A stretch of 47,325 bases of DNA from Octopus bimaculoides (Eukaryota), in the NCBI RefSeq assembly GCF_001194135.2, contig NC_069000.1, positions 12,733,786-12,781,110 on the forward strand, in the 5' to 3' direction. Shown here piece by piece: positions 13,105 to 23,981 of the stretch. The stretch's first letter is position 1. Every line of letters starts with the position of its first letter. The notes below the pieces were generated by a model. That model searched no databases. It was not told where the DNA came from and saw only the letters and a list, made by a program, of their open reading frames with translations. A program made the position numbers and the translations under genes.

Positions 13105-13127
13105 TATTATAAATAAATAAATAATAA
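12948..13127 (+). repeat. (TAA)n tract at the LINE 3' end
   Basis: Read directly; interrupted by a 10-N gap. Confidence 0.97.
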
Positions 13128-13902
13128 TGAAGAAGAAAATGTTGTAGAGAATATAATTAAAACTAATTTAATCCAGCTGGGCTAAAATGTTCGACATCAT
13201 TCACATGGATGTCAATTATGTCACAGCGTATTTTGGTTCGATGGTGTTGTACCTAAAGGAAGCGTCGAACATATGTATACCGTCGATATATAACAGACGA
13301 ATATAGCAGATGAAATGCTTTTCTATGACATTAAGATTGAAAATAAATTCGAATGGCAAATTTATACAGTGGTAGTTCAATTGAAAATAATAGAGGAAAC
13401 TTAATCAGGCAATGAAGTCCATTGTTGATGGTTTCTATTTGAATACAATTGTTATTCTTTATGACTGTACGAACAATAGATTTATTCGCTTTTCATTAGT
13501 TCCCAAGAGCGGAAGTCCGCATTGTTTTGAATCTTTTGTCTAACGATTTCATTGTCATGCCGTTGAAATCTTTTTTCATTGATTGCAATACAGGATTTTG
13601 TTTCACTTTATTAAAAATAATGAAATCACGAAAAAAGTAACATTTAATGTTCCACGTTATTGGTTTTATGCAAAAGGTGGATCCTGTTCTTTGTATATAT
13701 ATCCTCAGTGACTAAGTTCATATTTGTAGAGATTATCCCGCTTTATTTCGCCGTGGTTCTCCAACTCATTACACAAATCAACGTATGTGTGTCTGTGTTT
13801 TTGGTATATATTATAGTAGCAGCTATTTTCATATCAATGATTTAGTTATCAGTATGCTCACGTTAGTTTGTTATTGTGTTTGGGGAGCTTTAAATGTTTA
13901 AC

Positions 13903-14020
13903 GTGGAGGCGCAATGGCCCAGTGGTTAGGGCAGCGGACTCGCGGTCGGAGGATCGCGGTTTCGATTCCCAAACCGGGCGTTGTGTGTGTTTATTGAGCG
14001 AAAACACCTAAAGCCCCACG
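13903..14020 (+). mobile_element. tRNA-derived SINE family C (head and truncated body)
   Basis: A box TGGCCCAGTGG and B box GGTTTCGATTCC, no 3' acceptor stem, continues into GTTGTGTGTGTTTATTGAGCGAAAACACC. Confidence 0.8.
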
Positions 14021-14808
14021 CGATTCATATATACGATTCATAAATCTGCTTCAAGAGGGCTAAACGTGAGCTAAACTGAATGAATAGCAGTTCATAAGAA
14101 AACAATAACATGCATCTCCAGGAGCCTAGGTGCAAATTAACAACCTCGTGTGCATGAAAACTAGTGCTTGTTAGCAAGGGAACCAGTGCTTGTTAGCAAG
14201 GGAACCAGTTACTCTTACGTTGGCAGATGGTATTGCATTACAATGCGTTACCTCTCGGTACAAGCCTCTGTACCACCTGCGTTCTTCTACTGAGCTGCAC
14301 AGAGTTATCGACACATGAAGTAGAGTAAATACAAATTATATATATGTTACAAAATGGTATTTATGTAACGTACTAGCATTTATCTACACACACACACACA
14401 CACACACACAATATGCACATAAAATATATATGGTTGAAATCAAGTACTTTTATTAGTTTTCGAGGAAACGCAAAGTAAGTCGTTTTTGGAACAGATAAGC
14501 TCGAAGCACACATAAAGCTATAAATAATACCGTGAAAACATTGTATTGAAAAGTTTCTAAAATAAGTTTTCAACCCAAATTTTGCATGCTGTGAATTATA
14601 GCTTTATCTGTGTTTCGAGGTTCTCTATTCCAAAACGAACGTTTTATTTATATATGTATGTATGTTTGTATGTTTGTATGATGTATATACGAAATATTCA
14701 ATACATATCATACAGTTTAAAATAATAGGAAAATTGAAAGAATTGCGTTTTCAATACTTCTTAACCACGAGTTTCACCTTTTCATATTTCAAAGCAACAA
14801 AACAGAAA

Positions 14809-15098
14809 TTTACATTATTTACATTTGACGGATATTTGTCCTCATCTTGCTTGTTGTTAACACAACGCTTAGGCTGATATACCCACCAGGCTTCATCGGG
14901 TGTCTTGGGGGAAATTTCGAACCTGCGTTCTCATTCCTTAGGTATTTTTCGATGTTGTTGTTGTTGTTGTTGTTATTAGTATTATTTAGCTCACTGCCTG
15001 GATTCGAACTCGGAGTCTTGGGGTTAGTAGCCCACGCTCTTAACCACTACGCCATATGTAAATAATGTACATAATTCCTCATCCCTTGAATATAAAAC
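14809..15098 (-). mobile_element. tRNA-headed SINE-like element (family E) with a decayed hammerhead-like motif and an inverted 3' tail
   Basis: Minus strand: A box TGGCGTAGTGG, B box GAGTTCGAATCC, (CAA)n linker, then body. 14-bp perfect inverted repeat at 14811-14824 and 15056-15069. 11-bp direct repeat CAAAACAGAAA at 14798-14808 and 15099-15109. Confidence 0.8.
14859..14904 (-). ncRNA. Decayed minimal type I hammerhead ribozyme motif (probably inactive in this copy)
   Basis: GACAC-CCGAUGA-A-GCCUG-GUGGGUAUAU-CAGCC-UAAG-CG-UU-GUGUU: stem I 5/5 pairs, stem II 4/5, minimal stem III; three core substitutions versus CUGANGA/GAAA. Confidence 0.55.
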
Positions 15099-16583
15099 CA
15101 AAACAGAAAATGCTTTAGAATGCGGCCACGGAAAAGTCGGTCTAACCAACTGTTGAAACGTATTTCTTCTGCAGTTGCCATGCATTTTAACAGCAACAAT
15201 AAGTTCGAATGATCCATACGGTTGCTTTCAATATGCAACATGACCCCAAAGAATATAATAATGCTTTTGTTATAATATAACATAACCTCTACAGCATGTA
15301 GTAGAACGATGCACGTGAGCTTCAAATAACTATCGTACCTTTCCTTGTTTCTTTTAACGTGTTTCTAATTCTAGTCTGAAACATCAGACTTATTTTCTTT
15401 TCTCTTTTATCGATGTACGTAATTTCTGTGCAAAACTTTAATAGTTATTTTTAGTGCTTTCATATTTTGACTACGCTTTTCGAATTTATTTTCTTCCCGT
15501 TGTTATCTCTCACGTCGTCTGTATGCCTTATATCTTATTGCTTTCTATCCATTCAGGCATTTTCACCTACCAGTAGATTATATACTCTCGATTTAAATAA
15601 ACAATAAGCAAAAACATCTAGCAGATATCACATTAAAGCATTTCACAGTAGTCAGAAATCTTAAGGTCAGTTCAGATACAAGTAGTTCTATCATATGACA
15701 TAGAAACGTAACGGCAAAAGAGGTTGCTAACTTTTTATGAGAAGATTACTGCATATTTTAAGCGCTTTCCAACCAGAAATAATTATGTTTCGGTTTAATC
15801 AGTAGTTACGACAAAGACAACCAATTAAAACTCAGTTTGATATCCATCGATGGCGAGATCATATTTACAAAATCAATAGTTTATAGCAAGATAACGTCGT
15901 AAACGGTGGCTATATATCACGGCCTAAACGACTTTGTTGAGTTTATGGAAAAAGAATGATAATTTTAACGGTGGATGTTAAACGTCCTTCGTTGAATTAA
16001 ACTGTGGACGTAGATTATTAGATAAAAGTCAGGTTTCCATTCGTTGCTGAATTAATGTGCTGTCTTATGAAGAACGATGTAACATGTTCGTAGAGTTTTC
16101 TGTTATTGTACATCGAACAATTAAATCTATTAAGACTGGACACCAGGTTCTTGCCTTAGCTCATTCAGTACACACAATAAACTTCTTATGGTGATATTAT
16201 TAAATATTACAATACTATTTCATGCCCAGTTTCAAGATTTTATGTCCAATGAAGAACCGTCATATATATTTAATTAAAAATTCGTTTGATATGGTTTATG
16301 CTTAAATGCGCGCGTGCGCGTGTATATTGTGTATGTGTAACTATGAAATTATTCGCAATTCGATACACACACACACACAAAGCAGGTAATGCACCCCGGT
16401 GATGCCCGGTTGTTATGACCTACGGTCACATTGTATTGTTTGTTCTTTATGGGCAGAATTGGCACACGATGCGTATGAAGCAAACAACGAGATTTCAATG
16501 TCATTTCTAATCTGATATCTGACCACATTGATGCCCACTTATTTTCTCTAGTACTTACATCTGTTTTTACTTTTGTTGTTATA

Positions 16584-16972
16584 GGCACTAGCGTAGCTGT
16601 GTGGTAAGAAGCTTGCTTCTCAACCACATGGTCCCGGGTTCGGTCCCACTGCGTCGCACCTTGCGCAGTTAGCTTTTACTATAGCCTTTGTCCGACCGAA
16701 GCCTTGTGAGTGGATGTGGGGGAAGGAAACTAAAAGAAGCCCGTCGTATACATATATGTGTGTGTGTGTGCGTGTGTGTGTCTTTGTATTTGCGCTTGTC
16801 CTTCGCCACACCACTTGACAACCGATGCTGGTGTGTTTGCGTCCCCGTAATCTAACGGCTTGGCAAAAAAGACTGATAGAATAAGTGCCAGGCTTAAAAG
16901 GCCTGGGGCCCATTTGTTCGGCTAAAAGACCCTTCAAGGTGGTGCCCCAGCATATCTGTAACGAGTAAAACA
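16584..16972 (+). mobile_element. tRNA-derived SINE family A, full length
   Basis: Head GTAGCTGTGTGGTAAGAAGCTTGCTTC..GGGTTCGGTCCCACTGCG, body AAAGAAGCCCGTCG + (TA)(TG)n, tail CTTGACAACCG..GGTGCCCCAGCAT. Confidence 0.92.
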
Positions 16973-17964
16973 TATATTTATATTATTTGTTATTAGGATT
17001 TACTAATTGATCAAACCTGCAGTGAACGACATTTCAACCACATAATCCTCATCTTATTTTGCTTTTCCTTTTCTTGTATATACGAATAGAATTCAGCGTT
17101 GATATCACCTTTCTTTTTCTAATATGGTGGTCTGAGGGAAATTTACCTGTTATTTCTACCAGTTTGGTCGGCCACCTTTACACTTCTTCCTTGGTGGCTT
17201 ACACTTGTTCTTGAAATATGACGCGTACTTGCAAAGCTTATGAGTCATGTGACTTATGAAAAGATAATACTGTCTCTACTTGCTTCTAATTCGTGAGTTA
17301 GTAATGGCGAACCTTTTTTTAACCTCGTGTGTCGAAATTTTAATATCTTTAATAATCCTGTTATTGAAGTGTTATTTAGATTTATGCGTGTATTGTCATT
17401 TTAAGTGAATTCGTGTATACACATACATGCATACATGTAATTTCGTTTTAGATAACCTTTCTTATATGATGGTATTGTACGGAGATTTCTTTCTCAAAGT
17501 CTATCGCGTGACATCTAAAACTTTGCGGCGTGTCACTGCTGACACGCGTGTCACAGACTTGCCATCGCTACTCCGAGGTCATTATTGTTTTTTTTAAAAA
17601 ATAATCTTTCTATAAAATGACATTTAAAATATACTTTTCTTTTCTCACAAACAACGTATTTCATTATTGATTTTTTTAAATGCTTCTATAAACTGATATA
17701 GAAAAGATATTTTTACTTGTCTAACAAAGAATATATTTGAATATACAGAAGTGAAAAGCTTGTTTGAGTGAGAAACTTAGTATTCGGGTGCAAATATTGT
17801 CAGCACTATATTTGCCACAAGTATTTACAACCATGACCATCTCCTCTGTATGTCTTGTAATATATTGCTTAGTATGACACTTCCTTTCATTTGTTTTTAA
17901 TTATTTTTTTTTATCTGTTTTGGAGATGGTGGTGTGGGATTTGTGGCGATATGATTATCATTAC

Positions 17965-18275
17965 TAAGGTGCTGAGATGGCAGAACAGAATCGTTAACAC
18001 GCCGGACAAAATGCTTAGCGGGATTTCGTCCGTCTTTAGGTTCTGAGTGCGAATTCTACCGAGGTCGACTTTGCCTTTTATACTTTTGGGGTTCGATAAA
18101 ATAAGTACTAGTTGAGCACTTGGGTCGATGATGGCGATGATGATGAGGATGATGATGATGATGATGATGATGACGATGATGACGATAGAGATGGTGGTTG
18201 TTGTTGTTGGTGGTGGTGAGATAGCGGCAGTATCCTTAATCGACTAGCCCTTCGTCCCGAAATTGCTGGTCTTGT

Positions 18276-18277
<2 letters not shown>
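17965..18277 (+). mobile_element. SINE family B split by a (GAT)n/(GTT)n/(GGT)n expansion
   Basis: The GGGTCGATG|TAATCGACT motif, contiguous in other copies, is interrupted by 18131-18236. Confidence 0.88.
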
Positions 18278-18313
<36 letters not shown>

Positions 18314-19423
18314 ATGCATCGAAATCCGCGTAGTATTTCCCACAGTAATTTGGTAATAATATTTTTATAAAAGTATACAGGAATCGAGGAAATGAATATT
18401 TTAATCATTGGCGAATCGACTTACATTATACCAGAACCGTTTTCCGTTTTGATACAGCATCGTATACATGCATCATCATCATAATGTTGATGACGACGAT
18501 TAATTTATAAGTTGCAGTTAATTTTTTTTCGAAAACTTTATAATTTCGTAAACTTTATAAATATATTTTCTAATAAAACGTATTCATGATCCTTCACTTT
18601 AAGTTTAATGATAAATTGTTTTTGTATACAAGAATAAACATATTTATATGTTTATATGTGTGTGTGTGTGTGTGTGTTTGTATGTGTGTCCGCGGATATG
18701 TGTGTGTGTATGTTTGTATGTGTGTATTCATGTATGTATAGATATATGTGTGTATATATATATTTATGCGTGTGCGTGTGTGTAAGTATCCATATATAGA
18801 TATCTATACATACATACATACATATATATATATGTTTATAATCACACACAACACATACATTTATAATAAGATGGTGAAGTCTCATCTAATCCATTTATGG
18901 AACTGGTAAAAGTTCTTCAGAGTTAAACACAGCGCTGAAGCATAGAGAAGAAATTACCTTCTATTCGCAACAGGCGTCTCTTGTATTGTATAATATATAT
19001 CGGCATTGAATAAAAAGCTTCTACTGAAAAGGTGAAAATTTGAAAACAGATTAAGAAAAAGTCCGAAAGAACTTTTCAGAAGAAAATTGACCGGAAACCA
19101 AGCGACATCACAATGAACTTTAAGGAGATAAACAGCTAATATTGCCAAAGATGAAAAAGTACAGCAGAAAAATAAATACGCAAAAATGTACACAATTAAT
19201 ATTATACACACACACTGACGCACACACACACGAACGCACATACATATATATATATAAGCACATATACATATATGTGCGTATGTTTATGTTTGTGTGAATG
19301 CATGTGTATTTGTGTCTGTGTATTTGCATGTGTATGGCAGAGCGTTCTATCCTAAGAGAGTAGACATATTAAGTAGAGATGATTTTAGTGTAGAAATAAT
19401 GATATTGGATAGAAGAACGTGTG

Positions 19424-19471
<48 letters not shown>

Positions 19472-19877
19472 TATATTCAAATAAAACCGTGTTGATGTTA
19501 ATTTCTTTTTGCAAAAATAGCAGTAACAATATGATTTCAGATTGAAACAGCTAAGATACAAGACGTAGCAGAGAGTTATATAAAGAAAGTGGAAGAGCGG
19601 GGAGAGGAATATAGAGACAGTGAATGAGTGAGTGAGAAGGGGAGGAGGAAGAGGATATAGAGACAGTTACAACGAATACCTTTCTTGATCAAGAAGACAA
19701 TTGCACGTAACTGGGAAGTTATTGAAGTGAGTGGTGTCTTTATAAGAGAATGTTAGACTGACATGTGTCTAGAAGACCAAACCAAAAGACATAATTTCAA
19801 TACCCATTTGCTACCGTTTCATTGAGATTTTACTAAATATCAAGACATTAATCTTTGCTTCACTTTTTATCTCAACA

Positions 19878-20167
19878 TAATAACTAACTAACTGGCTCTC
19901 CGGCTGTTACGACAACGGAACGGAACAGCCTGTTCGTGAAATTAACGTGATAGTGGCGGAGCACTCCACACACAGGCTTGCCTTTAACGTAGTTCTCATG
20001 GAGATTCACCGTGACTCAGAATATGACAGGGCCAGATCCCTTCAAATACAGGTACTACTGATATTTGTCAGCTTAGTGGACTGGGGCAACGTGAAATAAA
20101 GTGCCTTGCTGAAGGACACACCCACTGGGAATCGAATTACCCTAACCACTAAGCTACGCGCCTTCAC
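19878..20167 (-). mobile_element. tRNA-derived SINE family D (MetaSINE-like central domain) with (GTTA)n tail
   Basis: Reverse complement: GTGAAGGCGCGTAGCTTAGTGGTTAGGG..TTCGATTCCC..GTGTCCTTCAGCAAGGCACTTTATTTCACGTTGCCCCAGTCCAC; TCCTTGRGCAAGRCACTT is characteristic of the Meta domain. Confidence 0.8.
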
Positions 20168-21104
20168 TTTAACATAGTCCTTTCTGACTTACATATTTCC
20201 ACCTTCTAAATTCGCTCACAAAGCATTGGTCAGCTTAATAATAAGTCAATAGAAAATATTTACCCCACATCTTGCACACACCCCCCCCCTTGCAACCGCA
20301 CGCACCAACACAAAATAATTTCTGCAATGCGAATAAGCGCAAAACCACGAATTTGTAAAAGCGAACTGCTTAACCGCACAGCCACGTCCGCGCTTACATC
20401 TCAGTAAAAATTCACGTGATTTTTATGTTAATGACGTAATTTCTCATTACTCCAATCTATCGGGAACTGATTTCAAACAGCAATAAATAACTAACACGTT
20501 TCTTATCTTTAAATTATTTCAATCTTTTTTTTATTTTTTTTTTTATTCGTCTAACTGCAATGAGAAATCAATGTAATGTCATAGTATATCGCCATGAAGC
20601 AAAAAATACTACTGAACATGAAGAAGCTAAATTCGGAAAACTTTATACGGTATAAACGAAATATGTACACAAGATTTACAAAGATAAAATTATAATCGAC
20701 GCGTTCATAAATAGCATAATTATCAGAAGATAGTCGTCGCTTTACTCACAAGATACTAATTGTTCTGTAAAGATCTGAAAATATATACAGCAGCCAAACG
20801 GGCAGACAGGTGTGATTAATGAGTAAAACACGACGCAGATTAAACGGAACTATCTCTGTCATATCGATAATCTGGTTTCTGTTTCGAAGGTATTTTATAT
20901 CGTTTTTCGATCCCCCAAAGAGACACAACTTTCTCTCATAGGGTTTTACTAAAGAGGGGATCATTAGTTTTATATTTCAAGATGTAATTTATAATATTTT
21001 TTTTCTTTTGCGGGCAAAGCTTTCTGTAAGAGACACACCTATGGTTGCACATATATATATTCACACAATTTTACTATGTACATGTGTGTGTGTGTATACG
21101 TGGA

Positions 21105-21152
<48 letters not shown>

Positions 21153-21180
21153 GAGAGAGNNNNNNNNNNTATAGATATAG

Positions 21181-21222
<42 letters not shown>

Positions 21223-21242
21223 CTGGGTGCTTGTGTATTTTT

Positions 21243-21487
21243 GCGTGGCTTAATGTTTAGGGTATTCAACTCCTGACTGTAAGATTGTGGTTTCGATTCC
21301 TGGACCGGGCGACGCGTTGTGTTGTGTTCTTTGGGCAAAGCACTTCACTTCACGTTACTCCAGTCCACTTAGCCGGCAAAATGAGTCATTCTGCCACGGA
21401 TCGGCATCCCGTACAGGTGAGGAACATATACGACATGAAACCGAGAAACTGGCCCTTATGGATCAGCATAACTCGAAAAGGTAATCT
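21243..21487 (+). mobile_element. SINE family D variant (same head and centre, different tail)
   Basis: GCGTGGCTTAATGTTTAGGG..TTCGATTCC..TTGGGCAAAGCACTTCACTTCACGTTACTCCAGTCCAC, then a tail unlike that of 19878-20167. Confidence 0.75.
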
Positions 21488-21732
21488 TCCCGTCACTTTT
21501 ACAACGATCCGTTGCGGATGAGAATCTAGGCGAACTTGGAACACCTACTACATGCTCCAGACAACCACAATTGCGAAACGCACGTAAGAACTATATCATA
21601 AACTTGTGTTTATCCCTATTTGTCCTGCATTTGTTTTGTAGTTTATAACTAGTAATAGTACTTAGTCTAGAAGTTACGAATAACTATAAAAGAAGCAGAC
21701 TTTGTTACGATAATCTATACGGGTCTCGGAAC

Positions 21733-21920
21733 CAGTGCTCCGCAACCTTTTCCACTTGCGGTAAACTTATATATCCTTTTCAAAATTCGGCGGCACACCT
21801 GAGCTAAAATATATGACTAAAACTATAGGGAGAAAAATCATATTAAGGTTACACTGAGGCATATCTAGCATCGTCTCGTGAGACTCCATAATGCGGAGGC
21901 GAACCGGGTGCGGAGCACTG
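21733..21920. mobile_element. Complete hAT-type MITE, 188 bp
   Basis: TIRs CAGTGCTCCGCAACC and GGGTGCGGAGCACTG (14/15 match); 8-bp TSD CTCGGAAC (21725-21732) and CTCTGAAC (21921-21928), 7/8 match. Confidence 0.92.
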
Positions 21921-22174
21921 CTCTGAACATAACAGTAGCAGTTGTACATCAATTTTTACTCCAAATTCTACTACTGCTGCTGCTGCTGCTACTACTACTA
22001 CTACTACTACTACTACAACAAACACGCGCACACATATACGAGACATATTTATATACACACATATGTTTACATACATATCCAAACACGCACACAGATATAT
22101 ACATGTAAAAATATATACATACCTGCATGCATATATGTGTGTGTATAACACAAGTATATAGAGAGAGGTAAATT

Positions 22175-22213
22175 GACAGACAGTCAGACAGATAGATAGA
22201 TAGATAGATAGAC

Positions 22214-22278
<65 letters not shown>

Positions 22279-22857
22279 NNNNNNNNNNNNNNNNNNNNNN
22301 NNNNNNNNNNNNNNNNNNNNNNNNNNNNNNNNNNNNNNNNNNNNNNNNNNNNNNNNNNNNNNNNNNNNNNNNNNNNNNNNNNNNNNNNNNNNNNNNNNNN
22401 NNNNNNNNNNNNNNNNNNNNNNNNNNNNNNNNNNNNNNNNNNNNNNNNNNNNNNNNNNNNNNNNNNNNNNNNNNNNNNNNNNNNNNNNNNNNNNNNNNNN
22501 NNNNNNNNNNNNNNNNNNNNNNNNNNNNNNNNNNNNNNNNNNNNNNNNNNNNNNNNNNNNNNNNNNNNNNNNNNNNNNNNNNNNNNNNNNNNNNNNNNNN
22601 NNNNNNNNNNNNNNNNNNNNNNNNNNNNNNNNNNNNNNNNNNNNNNNNNNNNNNNNNNNNNNNNNNNNNNNNNNNNNNNNNNNNNNNNNNNNNNNNNNNN
22701 NNNNNNNNNNNNNNNNNNNNNNNNNNNNNNNNNNNNNNNNNNNNNNNNNNNNNNNNNNNNNNNNNNNNNNNNNNNNNNNNNNNNNNNNNNNNNNNNNNNG
22801 ATAAATAGACAGACAGACAGACAGACAGATAGACAGACAGATGGATAGATAGCTACC

Positions 22858-22915
<58 letters not shown>
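22175..22915. repeat. (GATA)n/(GACA)n array spanning a gap
   Basis: Read directly. Confidence 0.95.
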
Positions 22916-22918
<3 letters not shown>

Positions 22919-23892
22919 TGTGTTATCTCTGTAACTGAGAGTCCGCTATCAATAATAGAGGAGGACAGCTGTCCGTGCTACTGCTAATACTCTAAGCTAT
23001 TTAAAGTAATGAACAAGAATCATAACGCCTGTTCTGCAGCTAATTGGCAAAATGTCCGAGGGAAAGTGTAATGGGAATACAAGTAGGGTGGTGGCGTCGA
23101 GGGACTTAATGTAACAAGGCAAGTACTATTGCACTTTAGTTATATAAAAATGCCCCCTAGCTATAATGCAATTCTTAATTCGTTTTTTCATTTGCTCTGA
23201 CCCTTAAAATTTCTCATCTCCGCTTCATGCCTCTAGGTCATAATGCGAGGCTAATGTATAAACATGTCACGTTGGTCCTTCGTTTTATTAACAATGACAG
23301 CTTCTGCAATATAAAGCTGATATTCCATATTACATGTCTGATAACAAGAATAATGGGCGAAACATTCTTATTTTAGCCATGGCGATGTAATTACAGACAT
23401 TCTCAACATTTTCTTCCAAGTGTTTTTTTGTTTTTTCCTTTCTTTCTTTCTTTCTTTCTTAGACCATAGAGCGTTTTCCGTTTGGCAAACTAAAGCTTAG
23501 TAACACTCGGTATTTTTACAGTACTCCCACAACATGCAACTATGAAAGAAGGATATTTTACTTAAATTATGGTGATTAGCTTACACAAAGGACAACTGAT
23601 CAGTTCGTGTTGATATAAAGGTGGTGGTTTCTCAGATTGTTAGAGTGACATTACCACAAAAATGCCTAACGGTTTTTGCCCCATCTTCTTTTAAGTTCAA
23701 CTTACGTTTGTGCTTTTCTTCACTCTGAAGTTACAAGCAATAATATCCTGCTTCAAATTATGGGACCTTGCTCAACCAGTGAATAGCTTAGAAGACTTGT
23801 TTCAACAAAGACATTTAACCATATCGTTATTAGAAGTTAAAAAGACGACACTACAGAATAAGAATTTGCTATGTAGCATCTCAGGCGAGAGA

Positions 23893-23966
23893 GTCTCAAT
23901 AGCTCAGCGGTTTAGAGCACTGGTCTCGTAAACCAGGGGTCGTGGGTTCGAATCTCACTTGGGGCA
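23893..23966 (+). tRNA. tRNA-Thr-CGT: tRNA-Thr (anticodon CGT)
   Basis: Full cloverleaf: acceptor GTCTCAA/TTGGGGC, D arm GCTC/GAGC, anticodon arm CTGGT-CT CGT AA-ACCAG, T arm GTGGG-TTCGAAT-CTCAC, discriminator A. Confidence 0.88.
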
Positions 23967-23981
23967 ATACATCAGAATATC

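Noticed and set aside
13903-13980. SINE heads (also at about 15000, 16590, 20110 and 21243) as tRNA genes
   Set aside because: A and B boxes are present but there is no acceptor stem, and they continue into repeat bodies.
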